Assembly (NCBI GenBank): GCA_036504055.1
Contig: DASXVU010000045.1
Location: forward strand, 6,147 to 70,146
Length of the DNA: 64,000 nt
Direction of reading: 5' to 3'
Source: Methanomassiliicoccales archaeon
Lineage (GTDB): Archaea; Thermoplasmatota; Thermoplasmata; Methanomassiliicoccales; UBA472
A model generated the notes under the pieces. The model had not been told where the DNA came from. It made no database searches and saw nothing but the letters and a program-made list of their open reading frames with translations. The translations under genes and the position numbers were made by a program. Below, one piece after another: positions 30,928-40,244 of the stretch; the first letter of the stretch is position 1; each line of letters starts with the position of its first letter.

Positions 30928-32218
30928 CGATCTGCCTCCTTTCCGTGATCTCGCCGCGAAGGTCCGTCATCATCAGCCGCCTCACCTCTCCATCATCGGA
31001 GGTCTGACCCAATACCCACATCAGCTTGACGTAGGCGGTCTCCGGCAGCATGTCCTCGGCGGGGATCGCCCCGGCCGTGATCAGGTCTCGTCCGGTGTTG
31101 TAGACGTTCAGGTTGACCCGCCCGTACAGGCACTGGGACGTCATCACGACATTGGTCCCGGCCTTGACCGCCTTGTCGATGGCCGCCACCATGTCCTTGG
31201 ACACATGACCGAGCCCCGAGCCGGCGAAGACCACGCCGTGATGGGAAGAAAGGACCGACGCGAACGCTGTAGGGGACATGCCCGGGAAGAACTGCAGCAA
31301 CGCCACGTTGGGATCCATCGATCCCTTTAAGGTAACCTTGCCAGCGGACTTCTTGCGGTATCCGGATAGATATTCTATCCCTCCCTCGAACCCGATACGG
31401 GCCACCGGGCTGCAGTTCACGCTATGGAACGCATCTCGCCGGCTGGTGTGCATCTTGCGCACCTTGGTTCCCAGATGGATCGCCCCGGTGGTATCCGATG
31501 AAGTTTCGTGCATCAGGACATGCACTCCCGCGACATCCCCCTCAACTATGAAACGGGCCGCCGAAACCAGATTGGTGTGGGCATCGGTGGAGGGCCGGTC
31601 CGACGACCTTTGGGCACCGACCAGGATGACCGGTTTGTTCAGGCCCTCCAACATGAACGAGAGCGCCGCCGAGGTATAGCCCATCGTGTCCGTCCCGTGC
31701 GGGACGATGCAGCCTTCCACGCCGTCGTTCAGCTTTTCCGCCACTGCCCCGGCCAAGGTCTGCCAGTGTTCCACGGTCATGTTCTCGCTGAAGATGGAGA
31801 ATATCACCTCGGAACGGACATTGCATATGTCCCCGATCTCAGGGACGGCTGCCACCAGGTCATCGGCCGACAGGGCCGGGTGCACCGCCCCGGTGCGGTA
31901 GTCGACGTAGGATGCTATGGTCCCTCCGGTGCCCAGCACCGCCACCGTCTTCTTGTCCTTGGAGAGATGCGCGTGGTGCGGTTTCCTCTCCTTGGGCTGT
32001 ACCTTGGAAATGACCTCGATGGTCGTGCCCGGACCGGTCTTGACGCCCACATTGTAGCCGGACTTGAGCTTGACAACGACCACGTCCGGATCGCTGAACT
32101 CATGGTGGGGCATTAGGATGCCCCGGTACTCCCGTCCTGTGTCCTTCACCAGGACGGTGTCGCCTTCCTCGGCATTGAGCATACGGAGAACGTCGAGGAG
32201 TCTTTGAGAATAACCCAT
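30920..32218 (-). CDS. gatD: Glutamyl-tRNA(Gln) amidotransferase subunit D (asparaginase-like)
   Basis: The asparaginase-type block is VAVLGTGGTIAS...HGTDTMGYT. The start was moved to the ATG at 32218 (MGYSQRLLD). The track start at 32260 is also possible. Confidence 0.85.
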   Translation of the reverse strand: MGYSQRLLDVLRMLNAEEGDTVLVKDTGREYRGILMPHHEFSDPDVVVVKLKSGYNVGVKTGPGTTIEVISKVQPKERKPHHAHLSKDKKTVAVLGTGGTIASYVDYRTGAVHPALSADDLVAAVPEIGDICNVRSEVIFSIFSENMTVEHWQTLAGAVAEKLNDGVEGCIVPHGTDTMGYTSAALSFMLEGLNKPVILVGAQRSSDRPSTDAHTNLVSAARFIVEGDVAGVHVLMHETSSDTTGAIHLGTKVRKMHTSRRDAFHSVNCSPVARIGFEGGIEYLSGYRKKSAGKVTLKGSMDPNVALLQFFPGMSPTAFASVLSSHHGVVFAGSGLGHVSKDMVAAIDKAVKAGTNVVMTSQCLYGRVNLNVYNTGRDLITAGAIPAEDMLPETAYVKLMWVLGQTSDDGEVRRLMMTDLRGEITERRQIDD

Positions 32219-32323
32219 CTGATGCACCTGGCGTAGAATGCGCGTTCGCCACTTAATCATTTTGCGAACTTGGATGAGGATAAAAAGGAAAATTTGGAAA
32301 AGGGTTGGAAAAGGGGTTTGTGC

Positions 32324-35300
32324 TTAGACCTTGCGGATCCTCGTTACCACCATGATCACCACGACCACGACGATCAGGGCGATGACCAGGAGCAGTGGAA
32401 GCATGATCGTGTCGATCGTGCTCTTCTGCGCCTGGGCCGACACCGTCTGTGGTTGGCTTCCGTCTACCTTCTGCGAGATGACCTTACCGTCGACCGTGGC
32501 GTTCACCCAATACGGATCGGAGACGACCTGCCTTCCGTTCACATTCTGGGTCCATCCGGTCACGTCCGCCTGATACTGGCCATTGCTGCCGGTCACACCG
32601 CTGGAGATCAGTTTTCCGTGGGCGTCACAGATGGTGACCGGGGCTCCCGCGACCAGCTTTCCGTCGGCGTTCTTGACGATGACGGTGAACTGGTTGAGCC
32701 AGGTCATTGAGCCTATATCCTCTATCTTCAGCATCCCGTCCATGGTGGTGGAGGTGATGTTGGTCGTGCTGTTATGGATAGAGTAGACATCGAACTTCGA
32801 AGCGTTCAGCGCCGACTTGGATATGACCGCACTGGAGTCGTCCAGGAACACGGCGTCGTTCCTGCACTGTATGGCCGCTCCGTTCATGGTCAGCTTGGAG
32901 TTGATCGCGTATATGCCGTTGTACACGAACGTCGGTATGGTTATGTTCCTGCTGTCCAGGTTCTTGTTCAGCCACTGCAGGACGATAAGGTTCTCCTTGA
33001 CCGTGTCGCCGAAGGATATGGTCGAGTTCTCCGCATACACCGCGTAGCTCAGCATTCCATAGGTGTTGCCCTTGGCCGTCACGTCCGAGTTGATGGCATA
33101 CATACCCACGTGGTCGAGGAGCATCGGCATCAGGGAGGCCGGCAGGATGGATGAGGCCATCAGGTCGCTCGGGCTGTCCTTCAGGGTCAGGGAGGAGGTG
33201 TCCACATAGCTGAGCACCAAGGCCAGGAGCGTCGAGTACTTGGCCACATCGTCGACGATGCGGGCATATCCGATCTCGTTGTCCTCCACGGTCACTGCGC
33301 AGTTGAACAGGAATATCTCGTTCTTGTCCAACAGGAATATGTTGGCATGGATCTTGCCCACGACGCCCTCGGCGTAGATGCCGGCCACGGAGTTCAGGAC
33401 AAAGATGTTGTCAACCACGTTGTCCAGGTTCGAGTTCCTGGCGTAGATGCCGCGCTCGTTCTGCATTATTATGCAGCTCTTGATGTTCGGCTCCGACCCA
33501 TCGTTGACGAATATTCCATCCATACCGCTGGCCACGATCGTGGTCGAGGATATGGTTGGTTTAGCGCCATCGATGAATATGCCGTTCTTGTAGTTTCCCT
33601 GGATCGTACAGGAGGTTATCGATGCGGTCGACGTGTTGCCCAGGAATAGCTCGGACCACTCGCTCACCACTGAACTGGTCATCTGCAGGTTGCCATAGAC
33701 CAGGAACAGTCCGTTGCCGCTGTAGGAATACATATTGGAGTTCCTGACGATCTGAGATCCGCCGAGGTCAACGATCAGCTGGGTGAGGCCGTTGTCGGCC
33801 GCGCCAACGGTGAAAGAGTTCACGGAATCCACTGTAAGGATGCCGAAGGGCATGATCTCGATGGCGCCGAAGAACACCACGTCGCCGTCCTTCACGGATG
33901 CTGCGGAATCGATGATCCACTTGACCTGACTTCCGGAGGGCACGTTGATGCCGTGGGCGACGTTGTCCTGGAACACGCCGTTGTATAGCGTTACGGAGTT
34001 GCTGTCAGTGATGTACAGCCCATCGTTGGCATTGTGATCGATGGTGTTGTTGCCGATGACGATATGGGTTGAGGTGGTACAGTTGTCCAGGCTTATTCCG
34101 TTCCCCTGATTCTCGCTGAGCACGTTATTCTCAATGATCGCATTGCTGCCTTCCATGGAGATCGCCGATCCGTAGGTTCCGGTAACCCTGTTGCCGGACA
34201 CAAGGACCACTCCGGCCCCTGACCCGGTGACCTGGATACCGAACTGGCCATGGGACACGGTGTTATCGGCTATGGAAACCTGGGCGTTCACTGAGGCATG
34301 ACCGTTGAAGGACAAGGGATCGAAGGTCAGGAGTACGTTCGTGTTCACACCGACGCCGGTATTGGCATCGAGAACGATGTTGTTTCCAGCCACCCGGACC
34401 CCGGTCTTAAGGGTAACATTGCCATCCCAGTATCCGACCCCTTGGTTGTGGTTGACGAAGGTTATCCCGGTGTTGTCCATGCCCTTCATGTCCAACACAT
34501 TGTTGGACACGTTGATGTCGAAATCCACGAGCGCGCGAGCCTTAAGGTCTACGACCTTGACGTATGTCCTTTGCGCGTTATTGTTGAAGTAGACTCCAAA
34601 GTTCTCATTCCCCTTTGTCGAGATGGAGTTGCCCACGATGTTGAGGCCGCCATCGACCTTCAGCGAGGCCAGGCCCTTGGTGTGAGGGTAGGCATAGATG
34701 TCGCTGGTGAAGTAGTTGTACACATTGACGGCCCTGCTGTTGTTGCCCACCAGATCGATCGAGTTGGCCTGGAAGGTGATCGAACCCGAAAGAACAGTGG
34801 CGTTACCATCGATGCTTGCCGCATTCAGATTGTCGATGTTCATCTTGACGCCGTCGAGGAAGTTGCCTACCCCGATGATGTGGTTGTTGGCGATCGATTG
34901 GGTCCCGGCCTGCGCCCTAGCGCTGCCGCCATGGGTCGCATAGGAGGTCAGGTCCGGGTTGAACTCGATCCCACCGGCGTTGTTGCCGTTCAGTGTGACG
35001 GTGTTGCGCAGGACCTGGACATTGCCCAGGCTGGCATTTGCCCACTTGTCGCCCTGGTTTGAACCGGCGACGTCCGCGAACCCTCTGGCATAGTAGCTCA
35101 CATAGACACCGTTGTACGGTGACACAAGGAGGCTTAGGTTGGTCACCGTGACGCTGTTGTCGGCGACCAGGACGTTGCCAGTGTAGGATGCTGTGGTGGT
35201 CATCTTTGCAAGCTTAACCTCGGCATAGGCGCCGATGGCGACGGTGACCGCCGTTCGGTCATTCACCAACACGGTGTTGCCCGATACGCTGAAGTCCCCA

Positions 35301-37228
35301 TTGACCGTGCCTTTTGAGCTGTCATATGCGTTGACGTAGTTCCTGGCCAAAATGGCCACGTAATGCTCATCGACGATGTTGTTGCCAGAAAGGCTGACCG
35401 TACCGGACACGGTTCCGGTGGAGTTGCCAGTCACGGTTAGGGACCTTTCTATATCCATCGCATAGGAATTCGAGACCTGGAGCGTGTTGCCAGTGGACAG
35501 GATGTTGACGTTGGCCATTGTGGTGCCGTTGGCGGCTGCGTTGGGTGCGAACAGGATGGTTATCCCACCGTTCAAGGCATCCACCGCTTGGTTGTCGTTC
35601 ACGGTCACATCGCCGTTGGCGGTGATCGTGGACTTACCGTTGGACAGGTAGCTGATATTGATCGTCACAAGGTTCCGGCACGATGTGGCCAGGTTGTTCG
35701 TGATCAATATGCCACCATTTATGGATAGGCTTGAACCATCGACCGAGTTGAATCCTGAGCGGTCCACCTCGATCATCGTTCCCGAATCTTCATTGACTGT
35801 GTTCCTGGTCGCTGTCACGGAACCGGTGAACGAGGATGCTTTGGATCCGGCTGAGGTCATACGGTCATATACATAGAGACCCCGACCGGTGATCGTGGTC
35901 ATCACATTGTTCGTGAAGGATAGGTCTGAGTTGATCATGACCGAGGCTTTGGAGCTGGCCGCCGCGATTGCGGATGTGCTGACGTATGCTCCATTGACCG
36001 CATTGAATATCTTGTTGGAATCGAGGGTCACCGCTCCTGAGATGGCCGCGGTAGAGTCCTCGTAGGCGTTCATCTGTCTCTGGACCAATATCCCGTCGCC
36101 GGCGGAGGTGATGTTGTTCCTGGATATTGTGATCGGGACATTGATGCTGGAGGTCTTTTCTCCATAGGCAACGACCTGAGCGTATGCGGTGATTCCATAG
36201 GTCTGAACGCTCCTCATGTCGTTGTTCGAGATTTGAAGGTTGCCGGTAACGCTTGCTATGTTGTTGTGAACCATCAGCGGGCTGACCAGGTCATGGATGG
36301 TGACCAGGTCGGCGTACCCAACGGCCGGACCGCTGTTGAAGCGGTTGGTGTTGATTGTCGTGTCCCCGTTCACCTGTGAGGTAGAGTTGTCATAGGAATC
36401 CAGGGCATGGGAGAAAACCACCGCAGAACGCGCCCCTGTATTGAACTGGTTGTTGTTGATCATCACGTTGCTGTTGAGCGTTACAGCGGAATTGTCTCGA
36501 GACACCACATTCTCACTGATCATGATTCCCGAACCGGTCAATCCCGGTCCGAAATAGGAGCCGGTGATCGAGATCGGTACATTGATGGTCTTGATGTTGT
36601 TGGCGTCCGAAGAAACGGTTATTACACCATAGATGTGGTTAACGCCGCTCGAGGTTGAGGTGAAATCACAGTTCGTGACCGTCAATGTTCCATCCTTTGA
36701 AACGATCTGAAAATAAATGGAGCTGAACAGAGAGTTGGCGAACTTGGAGTTGGTGAAGACCCCGGTATTGTGGATCGTTATCTGGGTCTCATTGTTTATG
36801 TTGGCATAGTTCAGGTTGACGACGGAGTTCTCGTTGCCTGTGATCCCATTCCACATCGTTACGCTGTTGTTCTTGGTGAAGGTCACCATCTTGGACGCTT
36901 GGCCATTGGCCATCAAAGAACCGTTGACAATTATCTGTTGGCCGGGATCGACCTTGACTGCAACATTCGCGCCAATTGTGAGCGTCACTCCGGTTGGCAC
37001 TGTTACTGTCTGGTTGACGATATACGGCGAGCCGGCCTCGGTCCAGGTAGTGTCGGTAGATACGTCCTGATAGACATAGGTCGGTGCGGCATTAGCGCCA
37101 GAGGCGCTCAAAAGTAGCGCGAATGCGCAGACGATCAATAATGCCCCCGCAATGAGGAGACCTTTTCGTCTGGCAAGTTTTCCTAGTATCAACTGATCGG
37201 AGCTTTTATTATGCGAATACGTGCCCAT
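32324..37228 (-). CDS. Giant (1,634 aa) surface protein: signal/anchor N-terminus, long right-handed beta-helix (PbH1-type) region, Ig-like module, C-terminal TM anchor
   Basis: The N-terminal helix is LLIAGALLIVCAFALLLSASGANA. Hundreds of residues of N/G/T/S/V-rich coils follow (…VSGNRVTGTYGSAISMEGSNAIIENNVLSENQGNGISLDNC…). A late module reads ...VKNADGKLVAGAPVTICDAHGKLISSGVTGSNGQYQ. The C-terminus is LPLLLVIALIVVVVVIMVVTRIRKV. AGGAGGA lies directly upstream of the ATG. Confidence 0.8.
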   Translation of the reverse strand: MGTYSHNKSSDQLILGKLARRKGLLIAGALLIVCAFALLLSASGANAAPTYVYQDVSTDTTWTEAGSPYIVNQTVTVPTGVTLTIGANVAVKVDPGQQIIVNGSLMANGQASKMVTFTKNNSVTMWNGITGNENSVVNLNYANINNETQITIHNTGVFTNSKFANSLFSSIYFQIVSKDGTLTVTNCDFTSTSSGVNHIYGVITVSSDANNIKTINVPISITGSYFGPGLTGSGIMISENVVSRDNSAVTLNSNVMINNNQFNTGARSAVVFSHALDSYDNSTSQVNGDTTINTNRFNSGPAVGYADLVTIHDLVSPLMVHNNIASVTGNLQISNNDMRSVQTYGITAYAQVVAYGEKTSSINVPITISRNNITSAGDGILVQRQMNAYEDSTAAISGAVTLDSNKIFNAVNGAYVSTSAIAAASSKASVMINSDLSFTNNVMTTITGRGLYVYDRMTSAGSKASSFTGSVTATRNTVNEDSGTMIEVDRSGFNSVDGSSLSINGGILITNNLATSCRNLVTINISYLSNGKSTITANGDVTVNDNQAVDALNGGITILFAPNAAANGTTMANVNILSTGNTLQVSNSYAMDIERSLTVTGNSTGTVSGTVSLSGNNIVDEHYVAILARNYVNAYDSSKGTVNGDFSVSGNTVLVNDRTAVTVAIGAYAEVKLAKMTTTASYTGNVLVADNSVTVTNLSLLVSPYNGVYVSYYARGFADVAGSNQGDKWANASLGNVQVLRNTVTLNGNNAGGIEFNPDLTSYATHGGSARAQAGTQSIANNHIIGVGNFLDGVKMNIDNLNAASIDGNATVLSGSITFQANSIDLVGNNSRAVNVYNYFTSDIYAYPHTKGLASLKVDGGLNIVGNSISTKGNENFGVYFNNNAQRTYVKVVDLKARALVDFDINVSNNVLDMKGMDNTGITFVNHNQGVGYWDGNVTLKTGVRVAGNNIVLDANTGVGVNTNVLLTFDPLSFNGHASVNAQVSIADNTVSHGQFGIQVTGSGAGVVLVSGNRVTGTYGSAISMEGSNAIIENNVLSENQGNGISLDNCTTSTHIVIGNNTIDHNANDGLYITDSNSVTLYNGVFQDNVAHGINVPSGSQVKWIIDSAASVKDGDVVFFGAIEIMPFGILTVDSVNSFTVGAADNGLTQLIVDLGGSQIVRNSNMYSYSGNGLFLVYGNLQMTSSVVSEWSELFLGNTSTASITSCTIQGNYKNGIFIDGAKPTISSTTIVASGMDGIFVNDGSEPNIKSCIIMQNERGIYARNSNLDNVVDNIFVLNSVAGIYAEGVVGKIHANIFLLDKNEIFLFNCAVTVEDNEIGYARIVDDVAKYSTLLALVLSYVDTSSLTLKDSPSDLMASSILPASLMPMLLDHVGMYAINSDVTAKGNTYGMLSYAVYAENSTISFGDTVKENLIVLQWLNKNLDSRNITIPTFVYNGIYAINSKLTMNGAAIQCRNDAVFLDDSSAVISKSALNASKFDVYSIHNSTTNITSTTMDGMLKIEDIGSMTWLNQFTVIVKNADGKLVAGAPVTICDAHGKLISSGVTGSNGQYQADVTGWTQNVNGRQVVSDPYWVNATVDGKVISQKVDGSQPQTVSAQAQKSTIDTIMLPLLLVIALIVVVVVIMVVTRIRKV

Positions 37229-37295
37229 TCCTCCTAAATAATAAACAATTCAACAAAATGTATTCATTTAAGCTTATTCCTATAAATTCGAAGAA

Positions 37296-37325
37296 ATGAA
37301 TTAATGAATTTGAAAAGAATGAATT
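37296..37325. promoter_or_regulatory. Three direct copies of ATGAATT (plus an inverted ATTCAT at 37262-37267) in the AT-rich divergent promoter region
   Basis: Read directly from the sequence. The copies are at 37296-37302, 37304-37310 and 37319-37325. Confidence 0.3.
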
Positions 37326-37466
37326 GCTGGCCTGAGAGGTTGGGCACAACCTATGGCCGCTAAATTTTGATTATAATCGTTGATAATAATCTCGTCGACT
37401 GGGTCTCGTCCCGGTCTTTATCCCTTCTGATGACAACCGTTAAGGCAAGATTATCCATCTACGTTC

Positions 37467-38123
37467 GTGCACAAGATCAAGAGCATCGGCATGGAACACG
37501 ACGTGCTGGCGGAGAATGCCCACCTGGCGGAGCACAATCATGAGAGGCTGGTTGCCAAGGGCATCCGGTCGGTCGATGTTATGGGTTCGATCGGTTCCGG
37601 AAAGACGGCCATGATCATCAAGATGGCCACTCAGCTTAAGAAGAAGGGGATCGGGGTGGCGGTCATCGCCGGTGATGTGACCGGAGAGGATGATTACAGG
37701 CGGTTCAAAGAGGCAGGGATCGAGGCTTACAACGTCAACACCGGCAAGGAGTGCCATCTCGAGTCGAATTTGATAGAGCATACGTTGGACAAGATGGATC
37801 TGGACGGGATCGGTTTCATTTTCATCGAGAACGTCGGAAATCTGGTCTGCCCGGCCGATTTCCCGCTGGGAACGGATGTGAGGATGGTCGTCATATCGGT
37901 CACTGAGGGCGACGATATGGTGCGAAAGCATCCGATGATCTTCACCTCATCGGACGTGGCGGTGCTGAACAAGGTCGACCTGGCGGGTTATATGGAGGTC
38001 GATGTTGATGTGCTCAGATCGGACTATGCCAAGATAGTGGGGAACAAGCCGCTGTACCTCACCAGCGTCAAAACGGGTGAGGGCATTGAATCGGTCATGA
38101 AGGCCATCGGCGCCTCCAAATGA
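37467..38123 (+). CDS. hypB: Hydrogenase nickel-incorporation GTPase HypB
   Basis: The P-loop is GSIGSGKT. ENVGNLVCPA and NKVDL are also present. The start is GTG at 37467 or ATG at 37491. Confidence 0.9.
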   Translation: MHKIKSIGMEHDVLAENAHLAEHNHERLVAKGIRSVDVMGSIGSGKTAMIIKMATQLKKKGIGVAVIAGDVTGEDDYRRFKEAGIEAYNVNTGKECHLESNLIEHTLDKMDLDGIGFIFIENVGNLVCPADFPLGTDVRMVVISVTEGDDMVRKHPMIFTSSDVAVLNKVDLAGYMEVDVDVLRSDYAKIVGNKPLYLTSVKTGEGIESVMKAIGASK

Positions 38124-38216
38124 CGGATACCCTGGCCACCGGCCTACCGGTCCGGTAGGCCTCATCTCCCAACATCCTTTTTATTAGGCGATGCCCATTG
38201 TCCTGACCGATCAGAA

Positions 38217-39539
38217 ATGAGAATCCTGGTGGTAGGAGGGGGCGGCAGGGAGCACGCCATCGTCAAGGCGCTCGAGAGGGGCGGTTCTGAGATATATTCC
38301 GCGATGAGGAACCACAATCCCGGGATCGCCAGGTCCAGCAAGGAGATCGTCCTTGTCAGGGAGACGGACACGCAAAAGGTGACAGAGTTCGCCGTCCGTT
38401 CCAAGGTAGAGCTGGCGGTCATAGGGCCCGAAGCGCCCTTGGAGGTGGGTCTCGTGGACCTGCTTGAATCGGAAGGCATCCGTTGTGTGGGGCCGACCAA
38501 GGCCGCGGCCCGGATCGAGACCTCCAAGAGCTTTGCCCGGGAGGTCATGAGCAGGCACCGGGTTCCCGGGAACCTGGATTTCCATTCATTTGATGACGCG
38601 AAAGAGGCGAAGGCCTTCGTCAAGGACATGGACATGGAGGTCGCGGTGAAACCTGTGGGCCTCACTGGAGGAAAGGGCGTCAAGGTCCAAGGGGAGCACC
38701 TGAGGACCAAGACCGAGGTCTGTCAATACATAGACGAGATCTTCGAAAAGCACATCGGGGGGGCCGGGGTCGTCCTTGAGGAAAAGGCGATCGGAGAGGA
38801 GTTCACACTTCAGTCGTTCTGTGACGGGCGTGACATCGCTCCCATGCCGTTGGTGCAGGACCACAAAAGGGCTTTTGAAGGGGACGAAGGACCTAACACC
38901 GGGGGCATGGGATCCTACTCGGACGCCGACCATCTGCTACCGTTCGTCCACCGGGATGAGCATGAGAAAGCGGTGGAGATCGTCAGGAAGATGATCGGGG
39001 CGATGCGCAGTGAAGGCTGCCCGTATAAAGGGGTCCTATACTCCCAGTTCATGCTGACCAGGGACGGGCCTAAGGTCATAGAGTACAATGCCAGGTTCGG
39101 GGACCCGGAGGCAATGAACGTCCTGACCATTCTGTCATCCGATTTCCCCAGCATATGCCAAGGCATAGCCGAGGGCCACCTGAACCGGGTCAGGGTGGAT
39201 TTCCTGAAGAAGGCCACGGTCTGCAAGTATGTGGTGCCACAAGGCTATGGCATGGAATCGAAGGCGGGACTGCCGATATCTGTGGACGAGGCGGCGATCG
39301 AGAGGGAGGGTGCCCGCCTATACTATGCCATGGTGGATGATGTCAACGGCAAGGTCCTCACCACATCGTCACGGGCGGTCGGCGTCGTCGGTGTCGATGA
39401 CTCACTGGAGAAGGCCGAACAGGCCTGTGAGAGGGCGTTGAGGTTCGTCAAGGGAGAAGCGATCTACGTGAGGCACGACATCGGCAAGAGCAACATCGTC
39501 CAGAGACGGAAGGATCACATGGACTCCCTCAGAACATAA
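38217..39539 (+). CDS. purD: Phosphoribosylamine--glycine ligase
   Basis: The N-terminus MRILVVGGGGREHAIV, ATP-grasp blocks and the 440-aa length support the call. Confidence 0.9.
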   Translation: MRILVVGGGGREHAIVKALERGGSEIYSAMRNHNPGIARSSKEIVLVRETDTQKVTEFAVRSKVELAVIGPEAPLEVGLVDLLESEGIRCVGPTKAAARIETSKSFAREVMSRHRVPGNLDFHSFDDAKEAKAFVKDMDMEVAVKPVGLTGGKGVKVQGEHLRTKTEVCQYIDEIFEKHIGGAGVVLEEKAIGEEFTLQSFCDGRDIAPMPLVQDHKRAFEGDEGPNTGGMGSYSDADHLLPFVHRDEHEKAVEIVRKMIGAMRSEGCPYKGVLYSQFMLTRDGPKVIEYNARFGDPEAMNVLTILSSDFPSICQGIAEGHLNRVRVDFLKKATVCKYVVPQGYGMESKAGLPISVDEAAIEREGARLYYAMVDDVNGKVLTTSSRAVGVVGVDDSLEKAEQACERALRFVKGEAIYVRHDIGKSNIVQRRKDHMDSLRT

Positions 39540-39567
39540 ATAACGGAACAAAACATAGGGGCATTCC

Positions 39568-40185
39568 ATGAGCAACCTGGATGAGATCGTCGCCAAGATA
39601 CAGGAGAGGCTTGACGAGAAGGACACTGTCAGGGAGATTGCCATCAAGTCTTCGAGAGCGACCACCAGGCTGGCATCGGGAGTAGTCCATGGCATCCACA
39701 AGAAAGAGGACGTGGAGAACCTGATGGCCGAGACGATGGACGAATCGCAACGTTTGAAATCGCTGCTCAATGAACATCCTGACATCTGGCACTCGGGCAT
39801 CGTGCAGGATGCCCTTCAGGAGGTCGCCGAGGCGGCGATCGTCCTGACCATCACCAAAGGACAGGACCTGCCTGAGCCGGACGAACTGGACATCCCCGTC
39901 ACCGCTTACCTGATGGGCTTTGCTGACGCGATCGGTGAGTTGAGGAGGTTCGCTCTGGAAGCTCTCCGGGAAGGTCGCAATGAAGACGCGGTCCGGTATC
40001 TGGAGATGATGGAGGAGATGTTCCTCATCCTCATGAAGTTCGATTATCCTGACGCTATCGTATCCATCCGCCGTAAGCAGGACATAGCCCGGTCAGTGTT
40101 GGAAAAGACCAGGGGAGAGGTCGCGGTGGCCGTCAGCATGAGACGCCTAGAGAACAAGTTGACCAGTCTGGACAGGAAATTATAA
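39568..40185 (+). CDS. Translin-family protein
   Basis: This is a ~205-aa all-helical protein with the block AYLMGFADAIGELRRFALEAL, typical of the translin/TRAX family. Confidence 0.7.
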   Translation: MSNLDEIVAKIQERLDEKDTVREIAIKSSRATTRLASGVVHGIHKKEDVENLMAETMDESQRLKSLLNEHPDIWHSGIVQDALQEVAEAAIVLTITKGQDLPEPDELDIPVTAYLMGFADAIGELRRFALEALREGRNEDAVRYLEMMEEMFLILMKFDYPDAIVSIRRKQDIARSVLEKTRGEVAVAVSMRRLENKLTSLDRKL

Positions 40186-40218
40186 TTGCGGCCCTGGCTG
40201 GGGCTGGCCGTCCATATC

Positions 40219-40226
40219 AAAAAAAA
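40219..40226 (-). terminator. Oligo-T (T8 on the minus strand) archaeal-type terminator after the aglB two-gene unit
   Basis: An A8 run on the plus strand lies 19 nt downstream of the stop of the 258-aa gene. Confidence 0.5.
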
Positions 40227-40244
40227 TGGGATGGGGAAACGGTT

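Noticed and set aside
37425-37432. CTGATGAC resembling a C-box of a C/D box sRNA upstream of hypB.
   Set aside because: No matching D box (CUGA) or C'/D' elements lie within the expected 40-70 nt downstream.
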